Positions 24,482 through 36,715 of a stretch of 64,000 nucleotides of DNA are shown here, piece by piece. Position numbers and translations under genes: made by a program. Below the pieces are notes generated by a model. The model was not told where the DNA came from. It worked only from the letters and a program-made list of their open reading frames with translations, and did no database searches. The stretch's first letter is position 1; every line of letters begins with the position of its first letter. The DNA is from Hydrolagus affinis (lineage: Eukaryota). The DNA is taken from NCBI GenBank assembly GCA_012026655.1, contig JAAILG010000147.1:1-64000 (forward strand). The letters run 5' to 3'.

Positions 24482-25927
24482 AACTACCGACCCATCTCCA
24501 ACCTCCCGTTCCTTTCTAAGATCCTTGAAAGAGTGGTTGCCTCCCAGCTCCGCTCCTTCCTTTCAACTCACTCACTCCTTGAACCCCTCCAATCAGGTTT
24601 CCGCCCTGCTCACAGCATGGAAACTGCCCTGGTCAAGGTTACAAAAGACATCCTGACCGCCTGCGACCAGGGCTCCCTCTGCTTCCTCGTCCTCCTTGAC
24701 CTGTCTGCTGCGTTTGACACAGTCGATCACACCATCCTCCTCCAATGTCTTTCCTCCCACCTCAACCTTCAAGGCACAGTCCTTGACTGCTTCCATTCCT
24801 ACCTGACCCACCGCCTACATTTTGTATCTTCCAACGGTTTCTCCTCAAACCCCCGCACAGTTTCTCATGGCATCCCCCAGGGCTCTGTCCTCGGCCCCCT
24901 CCTTTTCACCATTTACACGCTCCCTCTGGGCGATGTCATCCGCAAATATGGGGTGAATTTCCATATGTATGCGGACGACACCCAACTGTACCTCTCAGCC
25001 TCATCCCTCAACCCTCAGAACATCGATGTTCTGACAGCATGTGTGTCCGACATCGAGCCCTGGACGAGGGACAACTTCCTCCAATTGAACGTGAGCAAGA
25101 CCGAGGCCCTCCTGATTGGCTCAAGTCAGCGCCTCCGCACATCGGGCGCTGCCAGCCTCAACATCCAAGGCTGTACTCTCCACCTCACAAAGCCAGTCAG
25201 GAACCTCAGCATCACGTTCGACCAAAAACTCTCCTTCCTCCCCCACATCCGCGCCTTGACCGGCACCGCTTATTTCCACCTGTGCAACATTGCCAGGCTC
25301 TGCAACTATCTCACCTCCCACGCTGCCGAAACACTCGTGCACGCGTACATCACCTCACGGCTGGACTAGGGAAACTCTCTCCTCGTCGGCCTCCCCAGCT
25401 CCTCCATTCACAGGCAGCAGGTCATCCAAAACTCTGCAGCCCGTGTACTATCCCGCACCCGCCTCCGTGACCACATAACCCCCACCCTCGCCCGTCTCCA
25501 CTGGCTCCCCATCCCCCAGAGGATCGAGTTCAAGATCCTTGTCCTTGTTTTCAAGGCCTTAGGCGGCCTTTCCCCGCCCTATCTATCCGATCTACTCTCC
25601 CCCTATAAGCCCACCCAGACCCTCCGTTCAGCAGGACTTGGTTTGCTCCAAACCCCCCGCGCGAACCGCCCCACCATCGGAGACTGGGCCTTCAGTTTCT
25701 CCGCTCGAACCCTATGGAATTCTATCCCCCAATCCCTCCGCCTTGTTTCCTCCCTTTCCTCTTTCAAGGCCGGTTTGAAGACTTTCCTTTTTGACTGTGC
25801 CTTCTGTTCCCCCCCTAATTTTTCGACCTTCCCCACGTTTTTTACCCCCTCCCGAACACTCCCCTCCCAGCTCGCCTCCTGTGCAGCGTGCTTTATAAGT
25901 TTAAGTTGTTGATGTTGTTGTTGTTGT
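24482..25927 (+). mobile_element. Young 5'-truncated L2 LINE, ORF2 RT domain to 3' tail
   Basis: One frame, 24482-25912: [54 protein letters not shown]. Single TAG at 25367-69; (GTT)n tail. Confidence 0.96.
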
Positions 25928-27656
25928 AAAATATTTCTATGCCACAAATCTGTTTTGCCCATGTAGTCTATAATTTTGGAGAAGGTGAGAATGGTAATAT
26001 GCTGAGATTTTCATTTGAAATGCTGTGTATGTGTTTGGAGTGCAGATAATACCAGCTTCACTGATCTGGAAAACAATTTACCTGGGACACGCTACCTATT
26101 AGAACAACGTTTGTTAACCTTTTGGCTTTAGCTGACAACATTCATTCCGAAGGAAGACACGTCTATCCTTATCCAAATGATTATTCAGTCGGTATTGTCT
26201 CCCCAGAGTCAAATTCAATCTCAATTGAAAGGACAATGCATCTTTTTTTTTCAGTGGCTGGAACTGATTTTATTTCTATGTCCCATTTATTTCCTACATT
26301 GTTTTTGTCCCTCTGGGGAGAATTCAAAATATTTGTTCGAAAGCAAATCTGTATCAACTAACCCTTCATAGCTGGAAGGTTCCATTGTCTGACAATGCTG
26401 ACCACTGGACTGTGACCATTTTTTCCCTACAAAATAAACTGGGTAACTCTTTCCTTTCTTTATCTGGTTTATTAGTTCATTTATTCAGAGATTTTGAATT
26501 GAGTTTTTTTTTTAGCCCTGTATTTCTTAGGTTATGCTTTTTCTATCTTGTTCAAAAGATGGGTTAACTTCAGGGACTAATTTATCAGAATATCATGAAG
26601 GAATTAAGTTCCTCAGTAGGCCAGCTGGGAGACAATTTGTAGGGACATTACCTGATTCTGACAAACGTTAGTCCGTTCAGACTTTCCAGCTTATGAGGTA
26701 CAATTTGTGTTGTCCTTCCAAACTAATGTTCAAACAGTTATAACAGTATGTGAATGCTATTTTCTCTTAGAGGTTGCACGGTTTTATTAGCGGTATCATT
26801 AAATCATTGGCTTCAAATTTACCGAGTGAATTTTCCTTTGAGCTTCCAAAATAGAAATACATCAAAAAAAATAAAATCTCCAATTTGTTTTAATGCCACT
26901 CTGCTTCCCAATGTCATTATAAACTTCGTACATTTACCTCTTTGTCCTCATCACCAGTTTTGCGTTCCAGGAAAATTTCTACTGTTTAAACATGCATAGA
27001 ATCATTTGTTACAGTGTGGACCAGCCCAAAACCAATTTGCAAAGTAAGCTCTGCCATATGCATGTTGACTCGACTCATCCCATCCTCAATCATTTGATTA
27101 AGTCTGTGGTTGTCAAGAACTGCCGTTGATTAACCTTCCTTTGGGAGGTCATTGGTGGCTGTGACGATCACAAATTGTCTGGAGGTTTTTTTGACCCTTT
27201 AGGCATTGCAGACTTTCTATTTCATCTTTTTCTGATGCAGATGTTAAAATTTGGTTCTCCTATATGTCTGCAATGCATTCCACTGGAACTCTCTGCCTCA
27301 TTTCCTCCATGAAGCTGGGAAAGCTTAATATCGTAGCACAATATTCAAACATTTAACCAGTTTTCGGAATAAACCTGCTTCTTGGTAATCCTTGATATCA
27401 TTGATACACAATATGTTTAGTGTAAGAGCAATTTCAGAGCCTGTGGATTGCCTGTAGAAGGTCTATCGTAAGTCAACATTTGTTGAAAATAAATGAAATG
27501 AAAGCATGACAGAATATTGACCAAAGTTTCAGTCAGAAAAGGCATATTTGTGACCAGATAGTACTGCTGTTTAATCTCAAAAATTTAAATTGTGCTGAGA
27601 TGATTGAGAAAGGGTGAGAAATTGTTGGGCTCTTTTTTTCAGGCACTCTACAGTTT

Positions 27657-27840
27657 ACAACAATTACTTCCATTTATATCACACTTTATGGAGTAAACCC
27701 TTTACAGTAACAGGATTTGACACCAAACAAGAGAGAGTGACCATAGGCGCAGTTGAAAAGTAGGTGTTTAAAAGATAAATAAAGAGGGTTAAGGTGAAGG
27801 GATTGAGGCAGTGAATTCCAGATGTTGGGGGCATAGTGAT
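27657..27840 (-). mobile_element. Old L2 3' fragment
   Basis: ACAACAATTACTTCCATTTATATCAC tail and GAATTCCAGA (antisense LWNS codons). Confidence 0.5.
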
Positions 27841-28037
27841 ACCTCAAAATGGTCATGTAGAGTGATCACAGACATTTTTAAAAATTGCATGTTGCAACAC
27901 ATATTAAAAGAACAAAGCAGCATTTTGATGACAGCTCAACTCCCTAATTCGAGACCATTTGAGACTTTAGTGCACAAGCAATCTTAACTCTTTCAAAGCT
28001 ATTTAAGGGACAAATCTCAAAGTGAAACAGGAGTCCG

Positions 28038-28222
28038 TAAATGCTGTAGATGATTGAAATAAACCCCAAATGTGCATCAAGTATTCAGCACCTAAAATAA
28101 ATTTAGGTTAAACTTACATTTCAGGTGACCCTCTCACCTGAAATATTAGCCCATCATTCTCTATCAGATGTCAGTTTGATCTGCCATGAATACCTACTAT
28201 TTCTGTTTTAATTGGTGTTTTC
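28038..28222. mobile_element. Palindromic (head-to-head) Penelope pseudo-LTR remnant
   Basis: Central hairpin ATTTCAGGTGA-CCCTC-TCACCTGAAAT. The right half continues ATTAGCCC..TCTCTATCAGATGTCAGTTTGATCTGC..TATTTCTGTTTTTA like 5490-5555; the left half is its decayed inverse. Confidence 0.5.
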
Positions 28223-30514
28223 AGGGTACAGATAAATAGAAAATAGTAACCTTTCTAAAAGATTTCAGGTTACTGTGACTCCCCCACCACCACCACCTCA
28301 CACCCAAGCCTTTACGACTCAATAAAAATACAACACTCCATCACCCACTGTGCTCAATAATAGTTTTGCTGGTGGATTCCAGTTCCACTTCTTCATGACT
28401 ACCCCTGTGGTCTGCTCCTGGTGAGCCATTTCCAAACCATTATTGCTTTTACTTCCACAATCACCAAGCGTTCATTCTTCCTTTCTGTTTGACTTTCTCT
28501 TTTAATATTGATGTATTTGCAGTGTTTTCCTCAGCAAACCTTTTCTCAACTTGTCTCTCCACTCTCCATGTTCTCTGCCTGGGGAGAAAGCCCTTTATGC
28601 TTTTTGTCATAGTTTTAAACCCTTAGGTTTGGCTTCCTTCCCAGTTTGGCATTATATTGCTTGTTAATTTATGCCTTTATACAACAGTACTGTTATTTTC
28701 TTTGTTCTTTTGAGTTCATTCATGCCAGGGTGGATGGAGGAGGAAGTCTATTCTCAGGGAGCCTTAAGGGATACTGTCTGTGTGATGAGCAAAAGTTCAT
28801 TGTATTGTAATTTTTACCCTATTAAGGTAATGGTGACATCATTGGCATGTGAGGGAATGACCTCCTCAGGGTATCCGGTAAAGACAGAGGTCTGTTGTCA
28901 TTAGGAGAAGGGATATTTATTCCCTTAGTCAGATGAATTGCATAATGACCTTTTCATCAATAGACAATGGACTATAATGGATAGCTATAAAAGGATTCCA
29001 AAAGGGAAATACTGTACTTCTGGTAACTGGAAATACGTCACCCTAACACTGGCGACTTGATGACAGTTAATAGATGATGAATTGGTTTGGTCTAAAGAGA
29101 ACACTGTCTGCAAAGCTTCATGTCATGGAGATGATTAGTGTTTGTTGGGAAAAAAGACCCACATTTCATTTTTGTCATGACAGAATGCACATCAGATAGA
29201 GAATTGAAGTAATTTGTCATTCACATGCCAAACTTTCCTCCCTTTCTTGGCTCCCACCCCACACCCTCCCCATCCCCACACAGTGTTTATAAAAATTGTG
29301 CTCCATTTAATCAAGGTGCAAATCTCGAAAAAGCTCATCAATTTTTATTTTGCACCAGTTCCAAATTCTGAAATCTTTAATGTTGTACTGAAGATGAAAA
29401 CTTCTAAACTTGAATTCCCTACTAATTTCTAACTCAATTCCCCCAAACCTAAATATTAATGAAATCACTGCTTGCCAAAAGGAACTGTTTTGCATATCAG
29501 TCAAATTTAAATTGCATTAGGTTCCTGTTATTCAATATTAAGAAGCTTTATAACTGGGAAGTATCTCATTTACGCTCGCAACGATCAAGAGCAGCAATGC
29601 ACTAGAGGGAACATTACACTTCCGTGGAATAGTTGTGAAGTTTATCATTCTGTTTGGTTGAGGTGAAAAACCTAGCTGGCTAAAATCCCTCTGGACCCCT
29701 GTCTACGTTGGCTGCCCTGAAAATGCCAGATAGGAGATTCACAAATAGAAGATTTGTGCTGCCTTGAAGGTAGTTTTAATTTGTTTTCGTCTCAGACGGC
29801 AGATAGAATGGATCTGCCAGATAAAAGACTGGTCACTATCTGCGAGTATAGGATCCTGGCTTCTTTCCTATCATTGACTTTTATTTTCTTGTTTTTCCAG
29901 GCCCAACCATTGCCCCCCTACCCCCCCCACCCCCCTACCCCACCCCTGGCCATCCTAATTGAATTCCAGTGACATTGAAGGATTAGCAGCAAAGGCATCC
30001 AGTGAAAGTTGTTTTCTTTCTCCCAAAAGTGGAGCATTAACAACCGTGTGCTATCAGCAACATTCATCTGGGTGATGAGTATCGCTTCTGAATTCTAATG
30101 AGCTGGTCAAGGTGAAGGTTCATTTACGATTCTGATCCCCAGAGTTGTAGAATTCTTCAACGCTAAACATTAAAAGGTCAGAAGTAGGGAGGGACTAGGA
30201 AAACCAACCCAACAGCTTGCAAGTCTCAAGTGTTGGGGTAATAAATTGCTCCCTAACTGAATCTGTAGGTTGGATTTGATCAAGTTGCCGAATATTATTA
30301 TGATAATGAAATTGTATGGAAGGATGCATGTTTATACACTGACACCTGCAAAAAAAAAATCCAAACATCTCTGTTAAATATTGTGCACCTGATGGGAAAA
30401 GCTCTGTTTATTTTTGGCTGCCCATTTTTAATGTAAATGAAGCATGCCTTTCAGACTGGTGTTTACCTCTTATTTGGTGTCAGAATCTAAATGATTTTAA
30501 TAATAGTAATTATT

Positions 30515-30742
30515 ACCCATCTGCCTATTGAGGTGGATGTCAAAGAGTTTCTCCCAGTGAGTCGGTCAACAATCCCCCAAATTATATTGATCTTTCATTT
30601 CTTGCTAGGTGAGACATTGCTGTGTGCAAATTGACTGCTGCGTTTGCCAACAAAACATAGTCACTACATTGTACAGTAAATCTTGCTTTGGAATATCTTG
30701 CTAACGTGGTAAGGCACGATATCAAATGAAACAATTATCATT
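30515..30742 (+). mobile_element. Old DeuSINE fragment
   Basis: CCCATCTGCCTATTGAGGTGGATGT...TTGCTGTGTGCAAATTGACTGCTGCGTTT...GGCACGATATCAAATG. Confidence 0.65.
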
Positions 30743-30998
30743 GTTTGTTAGTACAGTGCTCAATATTTAAATATTTATGTCAAATTTTCTTCAAACCATT
30801 GCCCCTTTTAACCACAAGCTGATGTAAATGGGATAGGAAAGCTCCTTTGATCTGACACTCAATTCTGTTTGTTACAGACATGTGGAAGGATTGAACAGAA
30901 CAAAGAGAAATCTAAAGTAAAAGTGGTGTTATCTTTCAAGGTGTCGAGTTTTCTTTTTTTATATGAAGCTCATTGATATCACCCAACGGGTAAAATAA

Positions 30999-31079
30999 AT
31001 TATTAGTATACTGACATTAGCAGCAATAATAATCCTTGCATTTGATAATTATTGCTGCTGATGTTATTACACTAATAAT
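30999..31079. repeat. Inverted repeat, about 30-bp arms, 17-nt loop
   Basis: TATTAGTATACTGACATTAGCAGCAATAAT vs ATTATTGCTGCTGATGTTATTACACTAATA, 26/30 complementary; the loop is the SINE tail tip AATCCTTGCATTTGATA. Confidence 0.9.
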
Positions 31080-31899
31080 ACCTGATTTCTGAGAGATTTA
31101 AAAGGACGAGATTTGCCCTGCTTTACACCTTGTTGAATTGCCATTAATTTAGTCCCAACAATAGAAGGCACGGGGCTAGATGTAATGCAGGATGAATTGA
31201 AACCATGTTGTCTCTGGAAATTGTTCTTTTTTCCCCATCCTTCTTTTCACAGTTACAGTGCACGGCATGAGGTGTGGTCTGACAGCTGAGACCAGAAATA
31301 TGTGCCAGCTCTGTTCTCAGTTGGATAAGAGTCTGCGGACCTGACAGGCTGCACTTCAGAGCGTCAGCCATCTGCAGCTTTAGCCAAAGGGTCCTGTCAC
31401 CATCAAATCCCTTGTCCACAGCGTTCTGTGATTAGAATTATGAGATCCAATTCCAATGAAATCTATGGCAACTTATAATAAATATCCTATCCTGTCCTCT
31501 TCTCTCCCCCAACCCGCCCACCAAGCTGCCAAACAAACAACAGAGAATCTCTTCCATTTTAAATTAAAATGTAGCAGAGAGGTTGTGTTGAAGAAATGAT
31601 TGGAGACACCAGAAGTGGCTGGAAAAAAAAGAAATTATATGTTATTTACAGATGTAGCCAAAAGCTACAGATATCCAGGAAAGCTTGGCTAATGCTCACT
31701 TTCACTATCCCTGAAGACCTCTGGCAATAGGAAAGGCTTTTTCTTCTCTCTCTCAAGTCTCGGAAGTGATACACTGCTGGATCCTGTGGCTTGATCTCCT
31801 GTAGCCACTCCAGACATGTTACCTCATACTCCTGTTGGACAGATCAGCTGATCTGAATGCCACAATTATTTACATGGGCATTGAAATTGCATGCTCAAG

Positions 31900-32020
31900 A
31901 GGTGAATAGTGCTTGAAATTATGTAGCATTGAAATGTTAATTCTTTCAAGGCAAAGTAAATATAAAGGAAAATATGGCCTAAATGGCCTACAGTTGTTCC
32001 TGTTTTCCTATGTTCCTGTA
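31900..32020 (+). mobile_element. CR1 3' tail fragment
   Basis: GGCCTAAATGGCCTAC...TTCCTGTTTTCCTATGTTCCT. Confidence 0.5.
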
Positions 32021-32049
32021 TCTGTGTTGCTAAAAAATAAAAGTAATTC

Positions 32050-32290
32050 TTTGAGATGTCTCAAAGCGCTTCACAGTTTATACTGTAAATTTAATTCACC
32101 GTACATTTGTTATGAAATGCGGCAGTCATTTGCGCTCAGTAGTGTCCGACAAACAGTCGTGGATTTTTTTATTCTTCAGGGGATTATTATTGGGTGTGTG
32201 TAATAAGGAAACTTGTCCAAGGTTTTGGCCTACCAGGAATCAAACCCAGGACTCTAGCTTGTGAGGCAAGTGCTCTAACCTCTGAGCTAA
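32050..32290 (-). mobile_element. Deu-type tRNA SINE, 3'-truncated
   Basis: GATGTCTCAAAGCGCTTCACAG...GTGCTCTAACCTCTGAGCTA matches the 829 copy. Confidence 0.85.
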
Positions 32291-32872
32291 ATGTCCATTG
32301 TTCCTTGCCGAGGAGTGAGTAGCTTGTACAGAATATTTCTGCCCTTGTCCTGATATGATTCAGTGACTGTTGATATGAATACCTGGCTGAGGGCAGCAGC
32401 CAATTATTTTCTGCCTGGAGATAACTGAAGGATGCCTCCAATTCTGCTTGCATTCACTTTCCACATATCAAGGGATAATGGGACAGTGGGATATTTCTAA
32501 TTTAAATACAAATATAACAAACTTTGCATTTGATGTAGTGTCTTAACACGTTGTCAAAGTCTCAAGTATTTTTGTGTGAGATACAAATATTACAACATCT
32601 TCTCGTATATGAAACCAATACTGGATTACTTAACAGAATGGTAATTAAAAATCAAGATGAAGTGACTGCCTCATCCATTTTAGCGGTCCCCATCTTAATG
32701 TTATGCATTGGCAGGATGAGAGAATGGAAGCCGAGCAGTTGCCGTAAAGAAGGTTGAAAGCAGTGTCACTTCAGCTTGTTTGTGAGGTGAAAATTTCATG
32801 TGAAGATAATCCTTCCAATTTGACATGGAGCTTTCATGCAGGAATGACGTCTCAAAGTGCTTCACAGCATTT

Positions 32873-33370
32873 ACAACAACAACAAAATTACACTTGTACA
32901 GCACCTTTCACATCAGGAGGACGTCCCAAGGCGCTGGACAGTCACTGTGTCAGACCCAATCTGGGGACGGGGGGGAAGGGGGAAGTGGGGGGCATTAGGA
33001 TTTGGCAATGGGACCATCGAAGAGGAGAGTCTTGAGGCGAGACTTGAAGGAGGCCAGGGAGGGGGCGAGGCGGAGGGACTGCGGGATGTAGTTCCAGAGG
33101 TTGGTGCAGAGTGGCTAAAGGCTCGCCCACCAAAGGTGGGGCGGGTAGGTCGATGGCCTCAGCCAGAGCCTACTGAGCAGACAGGGCGGGCAGGTTGGTA
33201 GGGGGTTAGAAGGTCACGGATGTAGGGTGGGGCAGGGTTGTGGAGGCCTTTAAATGTAAGGACCAGGATCTTGAATTGGATCTTCTGGATGATGGGGAGC
33301 CAATGGAGTCAGGTGAGGATGGGGGAGATGGGGTCTCGGAGCTTGGAATGGTAGAGGACACGGGCCACAG
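32873..33370 (-). mobile_element. L2 3' fragment
   Basis: (CAA)n tail, highly similar to 16921-17490; left flank is SINE tail sequence (ACGTCTCAAAGTGCTTCACAG). Confidence 0.92.
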
Positions 33371-33513
33371 TAAGTAAAGTATAGTGACTGAATTTTGCAG
33401 TATTATTAGGCTTGTTCACAAAAATAGCTAGTTAAGATTAGACTCGTGTAACTAATAGTGATAGTGACTAACGCTTGAGCTCAGAGATTAGATTTGTTTA
33501 ACCCTTTAGGATA

Positions 33514-33824
33514 CAGTAAAACTTTGATAATCCGGCACGGTTGGGCCCGCGCACGTCCCGGGTTTTGGAGTTTGCCGGTATTTAGAAACTTACCTCGCAA
33601 TGGCTGGGAAAGCTCTGCCCCATACACCATGTGTGGTGTAAACACAGAACTGAAGCTGAGCTCCAACCACAGTGCTGGATGACAGGACGGCAATGTGGGA
33701 ACTGTTGAAGCAGCTGTTTTGCCAGACATCGGAAAAAATCTAATACTGTATGTATTTTGAAATCTTGTCAATTTTTGAGGGGAGTTGCCGACTTTAAGAA
33801 TGTCGGATTATCGGGGTTTTACTG
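33514..33824. mobile_element. Tigger/pogo-like MITE, 311 bp
   Basis: TA-CAGTAAAACTTTGATAATCCGGCA ... TGTCGGATTATCGGGGTTTTACTG-TA; TA duplication on both sides. Confidence 0.9.
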
Positions 33825-34539
33825 TAGTGCTTTCTCTCCTCCCACCCCCTTCCTGTTTTGGTTTGTAGCAGTTTCGAAAAATGCAGTTCTTTCACACTTG
33901 GAACCGTTTGAGTCCATTGAACTCTGCTGCGCATGCTGTGTTAAGTGAGAAAATTATAGAAAGAGCCTATATGTGTCTCGCTCACACCGAGGAGTCCAAT
34001 AGCTTGTTAACAGGTTTTCCTGTCAGAGGCAACCTTCCACAAAATGTGTGCATTCAACTCTGAAAAACAAATAGCCTGGGGCTCAGATTCAGGGAGTCAT
34101 AAATTACTGCTTATTATAAAGAGCCAACTCTCAGCCATTCATTTACTGAAAGCGAAACAGCAGAAGCTGTGTATTCAGTGTGAATTTGACGTGGTAGCTG
34201 TGCTTTGCATCTTTCTGATGGGTGAATCATTTCTTTGCAATGCTGATTGACCTTACCAGCAGAAATCCATGTCCTCAGCTTCATTCGAGGAGCAAGAGGC
34301 TCCTGGGTGTGCATCTGACATCCTTCAGGCAACGTCCTTGTTCGAGATAGCTGTAAACACAAGTCATCGGCCTCCAATGTGATTGCTTCCCTGAATCCTC
34401 TGTTCACTTGTATTTGTCTTGTGATTAGTTAGCCAATCTTGTATTTGAACTTAGGCAAGAACTGTGAGCTGTGCCAGGGTTGACTTGAGTGTTAAAGTGG
34501 AGAGTCTGACCTATTTCAAATGTATAGTACATTGAGAAG

Positions 34540-34640
34540 CCAAGGGGAGGCTTTCCGTAAACACATCAACAATATTGCTTATTGTTGATGTGTTTACTTA
34601 TTGCTTATTGTTGATGTGTTTACGGAAAGCCTCCCCTTGG
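34540..34640. repeat. Perfect 35-bp inverted repeat with internal 25-bp direct duplication
   Basis: CCAAGGGGAGGCTTTCCGTAAACACATCAACAATA (34540-74) is the exact reverse complement of 34606-34640. TATTGCTTATTGTTGATGTGTTTAC occurs at 34573 and 34599. Confidence 0.97.
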
Positions 34641-35430
34641 TTATGATTGTATTACCATGACTCCAAACAGAGCAAATGAGGACAGTCTCCTACACCAGTT
34701 GGCTTCAATAGTCTCCCACAATGAAATCCATGCACAATTTTTATAGTGTCCGTTCATAAGTTAAGAGCTAAGAGATTTCCCCTCCCCTCTATGTAGTTAA
34801 TCACTGACTGCTTTCAGATGTGCACATTGCGTGTTTTATTTCCATTAAAACAATGTACTGTATAGTGATAGCTTTTAGAGAGCTAAAAGATTGTGTAGAA
34901 TATGAAAATGGTGTCACTTTAGAAACTTGTTGCATTGAAATCTTTTGTGGATATCAGCAGTCCTGTTGCTTTACTTTCTTAACACTGATGTGACAAATAA
35001 TACAGGCAGACATTGGAATTTCTTTACTAGGATCAGTGCCAACATTTCCTGGGTTGTTGTTTTCACAATAGAGAAAAATTGTGGAAGAGACCCTGAAGGA
35101 GTGGGACCTCTTTCTTTCCAGGTTGAAACAGCAAAAATTGTGACATTCGAATAATGTGAGGTTGCTGAACTACAATGGAGATGTCATTGTTGGCTACTTC
35201 AAGCAGTTAAAATATAGCAATATGGAATACCAAGGGATAGGCTGGGAGAAGAATGAAGGAGTGGTGGGGGCGCAGAGGCGTTTTTAAGACTTCAAACTCC
35301 TTGGTGCAATTTCTTAGGGGGTAAGTTCACTGACGGTAAGTTTAATAAGTGCTCATGCGCAAATTTATTTTATGCAAAAATTAACTTTTGGCGGGTGCAA
35401 TGTCTCTTTAGGCAGACAGCCTGCTCCGCC

Positions 35431-35576
35431 AGGCTGGGGAGAGCTCTGGTGTAGCTGGGCTAGGCTGGGGAGAGCTCTGGTTTAGCTGGGCTAGGCTGGG
35501 GAGAGCTCTGGTTTAGCTGGGCTAGGCTGGGGAGAGCTCTGGTTTAGCTGGGCTAGGCTGGGGAGAGCTCTGGTTT
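35431..35576 (+). repeat. 31-bp minisatellite, 4.7 copies
   Basis: Unit AGGCTGGGGAGAGCTCTGGTTTAGCTGGGCT, with one substitution in copy 1. Confidence 0.97.
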
Positions 35577-35689
35577 TCACTATACAAGTATTTAACAAAA
35601 GACCAGAGCACAGTACACTCAAATCCTCCCATTTCGATGATTTTTTGCATTACTTTGAGGGCCAGCAATATGAGGGGCCCGTCAGTGCG

Positions 35690-36270
35690 TTGCGCTGATT
35701 GCACCGATGTCTGTGGGGAGGTGGGGGAGGACTTGCATTTGCTGTGGGGGTCAATGCAGGCAACAAGCTTTGCCACTTAAACTGAGAGACGGCATTCTTA
35801 CAACAGGCAGCTTGTGAAGATGTGCAAATCAAAAAACAGGAAGCAGAAAAGCTGACCTACTTTGGAGCCTGGGGACTAAAGAATCAGGACCTTGATGTGC
35901 AAACAGGGCGTGGTGGAAGCAAAAGCGTTTGCTGCAGAAAAATATCACAACAGAAAATTCTGGTATTTTTATAACCCCATGGATAGCCTAGAAAAATATG
36001 AAATGCAGTTAGACGGGGGAGCTAGAGTTACTGTTATTCCTGAAACCGTGTATGGGCAGAGGTTTTCTTAAACTCCCTGAGGTGACAATATTCCAGCTAA
36101 ACTGACCACATATTCTGGGGAATGCAATTGGAAACATTTTGTAGGGAAGTCGAGCGCGGTGGACAGTCTAAAAAGAATTGCCTTTTAATTGCTAAGGGAA
36201 ATAATCCTGCTCTCTTGGGTAGGAACTGGCTGAAGAAGATAAGCCTGAACTGGGAACACATTTTTGTGAA
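35690..36270 (+). mobile_element. Fossil Ty3/Gypsy LTR-retrotransposon gag/aspartic protease fragment
   Basis: Codons for EMQLDGGARVTVIPETVY (decayed LDTGA motif), KLTTYSGE and KGNNPALLGRNWLKKISLNW; upstream LRDGIL..QIKKQEAEKLT is gag-like; stops and frameshifts. Confidence 0.8.
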
Positions 36271-36418
36271 GGTTAAAGAAACAGGCAGAAATGATGCTAC
36301 ATAAATCTGCAATTTTTTTAGCAAAATGTCTCCAATCTGATCAGTGATTCCACAATAAGGAGCATATTGTTATGCTCCATATAGGAGCCATGCTTTTTTT
36401 TTTGTAAATTCAGATAAG

Positions 36419-36715
36419 AATAATAATAATCCTTGCATTTGATATAGTGCTTTTCATGTCTTCTAGATGTCTCAAAGCGCTTCACAGAATATACTGTAAA
36501 GTGAATTGACTGTATATTTGTGGGTGAAACACAGCAGCCAATTGTGCACAGCAGTGTCCCACAAACAGTTGTGGATTGAAATGACAATTTTTTTTGTGGG
36601 ATTATCATCAGGCATGTGGAGTAAGGAAATTTCCCCAAGATTTCGCCCTCCCTAGAATCAAATCCAGGTCTCTCACTTGTAAGGCGAGTGCTCTCACTAC
36701 TGAACTACAGGACTC
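36419..36715 (-). mobile_element. Full-length Deu-type tRNA SINE
   Basis: Collinear with 829-1140 from the (TAA)n tail to the CAGGACTC head. Confidence 0.92.

Noticed and set aside
24533-25369. 278-aa RT ORF as a host gene, retron or novel RT system
   Set aside because: Typical L2 ORF2 fragment, 5'-truncated, with a nonsense codon and a LINE tail; paralogous decayed copies occur in the window.
35431-35576. CRISPR array
   Set aside because: The repeats are contiguous with no unique spacers, there are no cas genes, and the context is eukaryotic.
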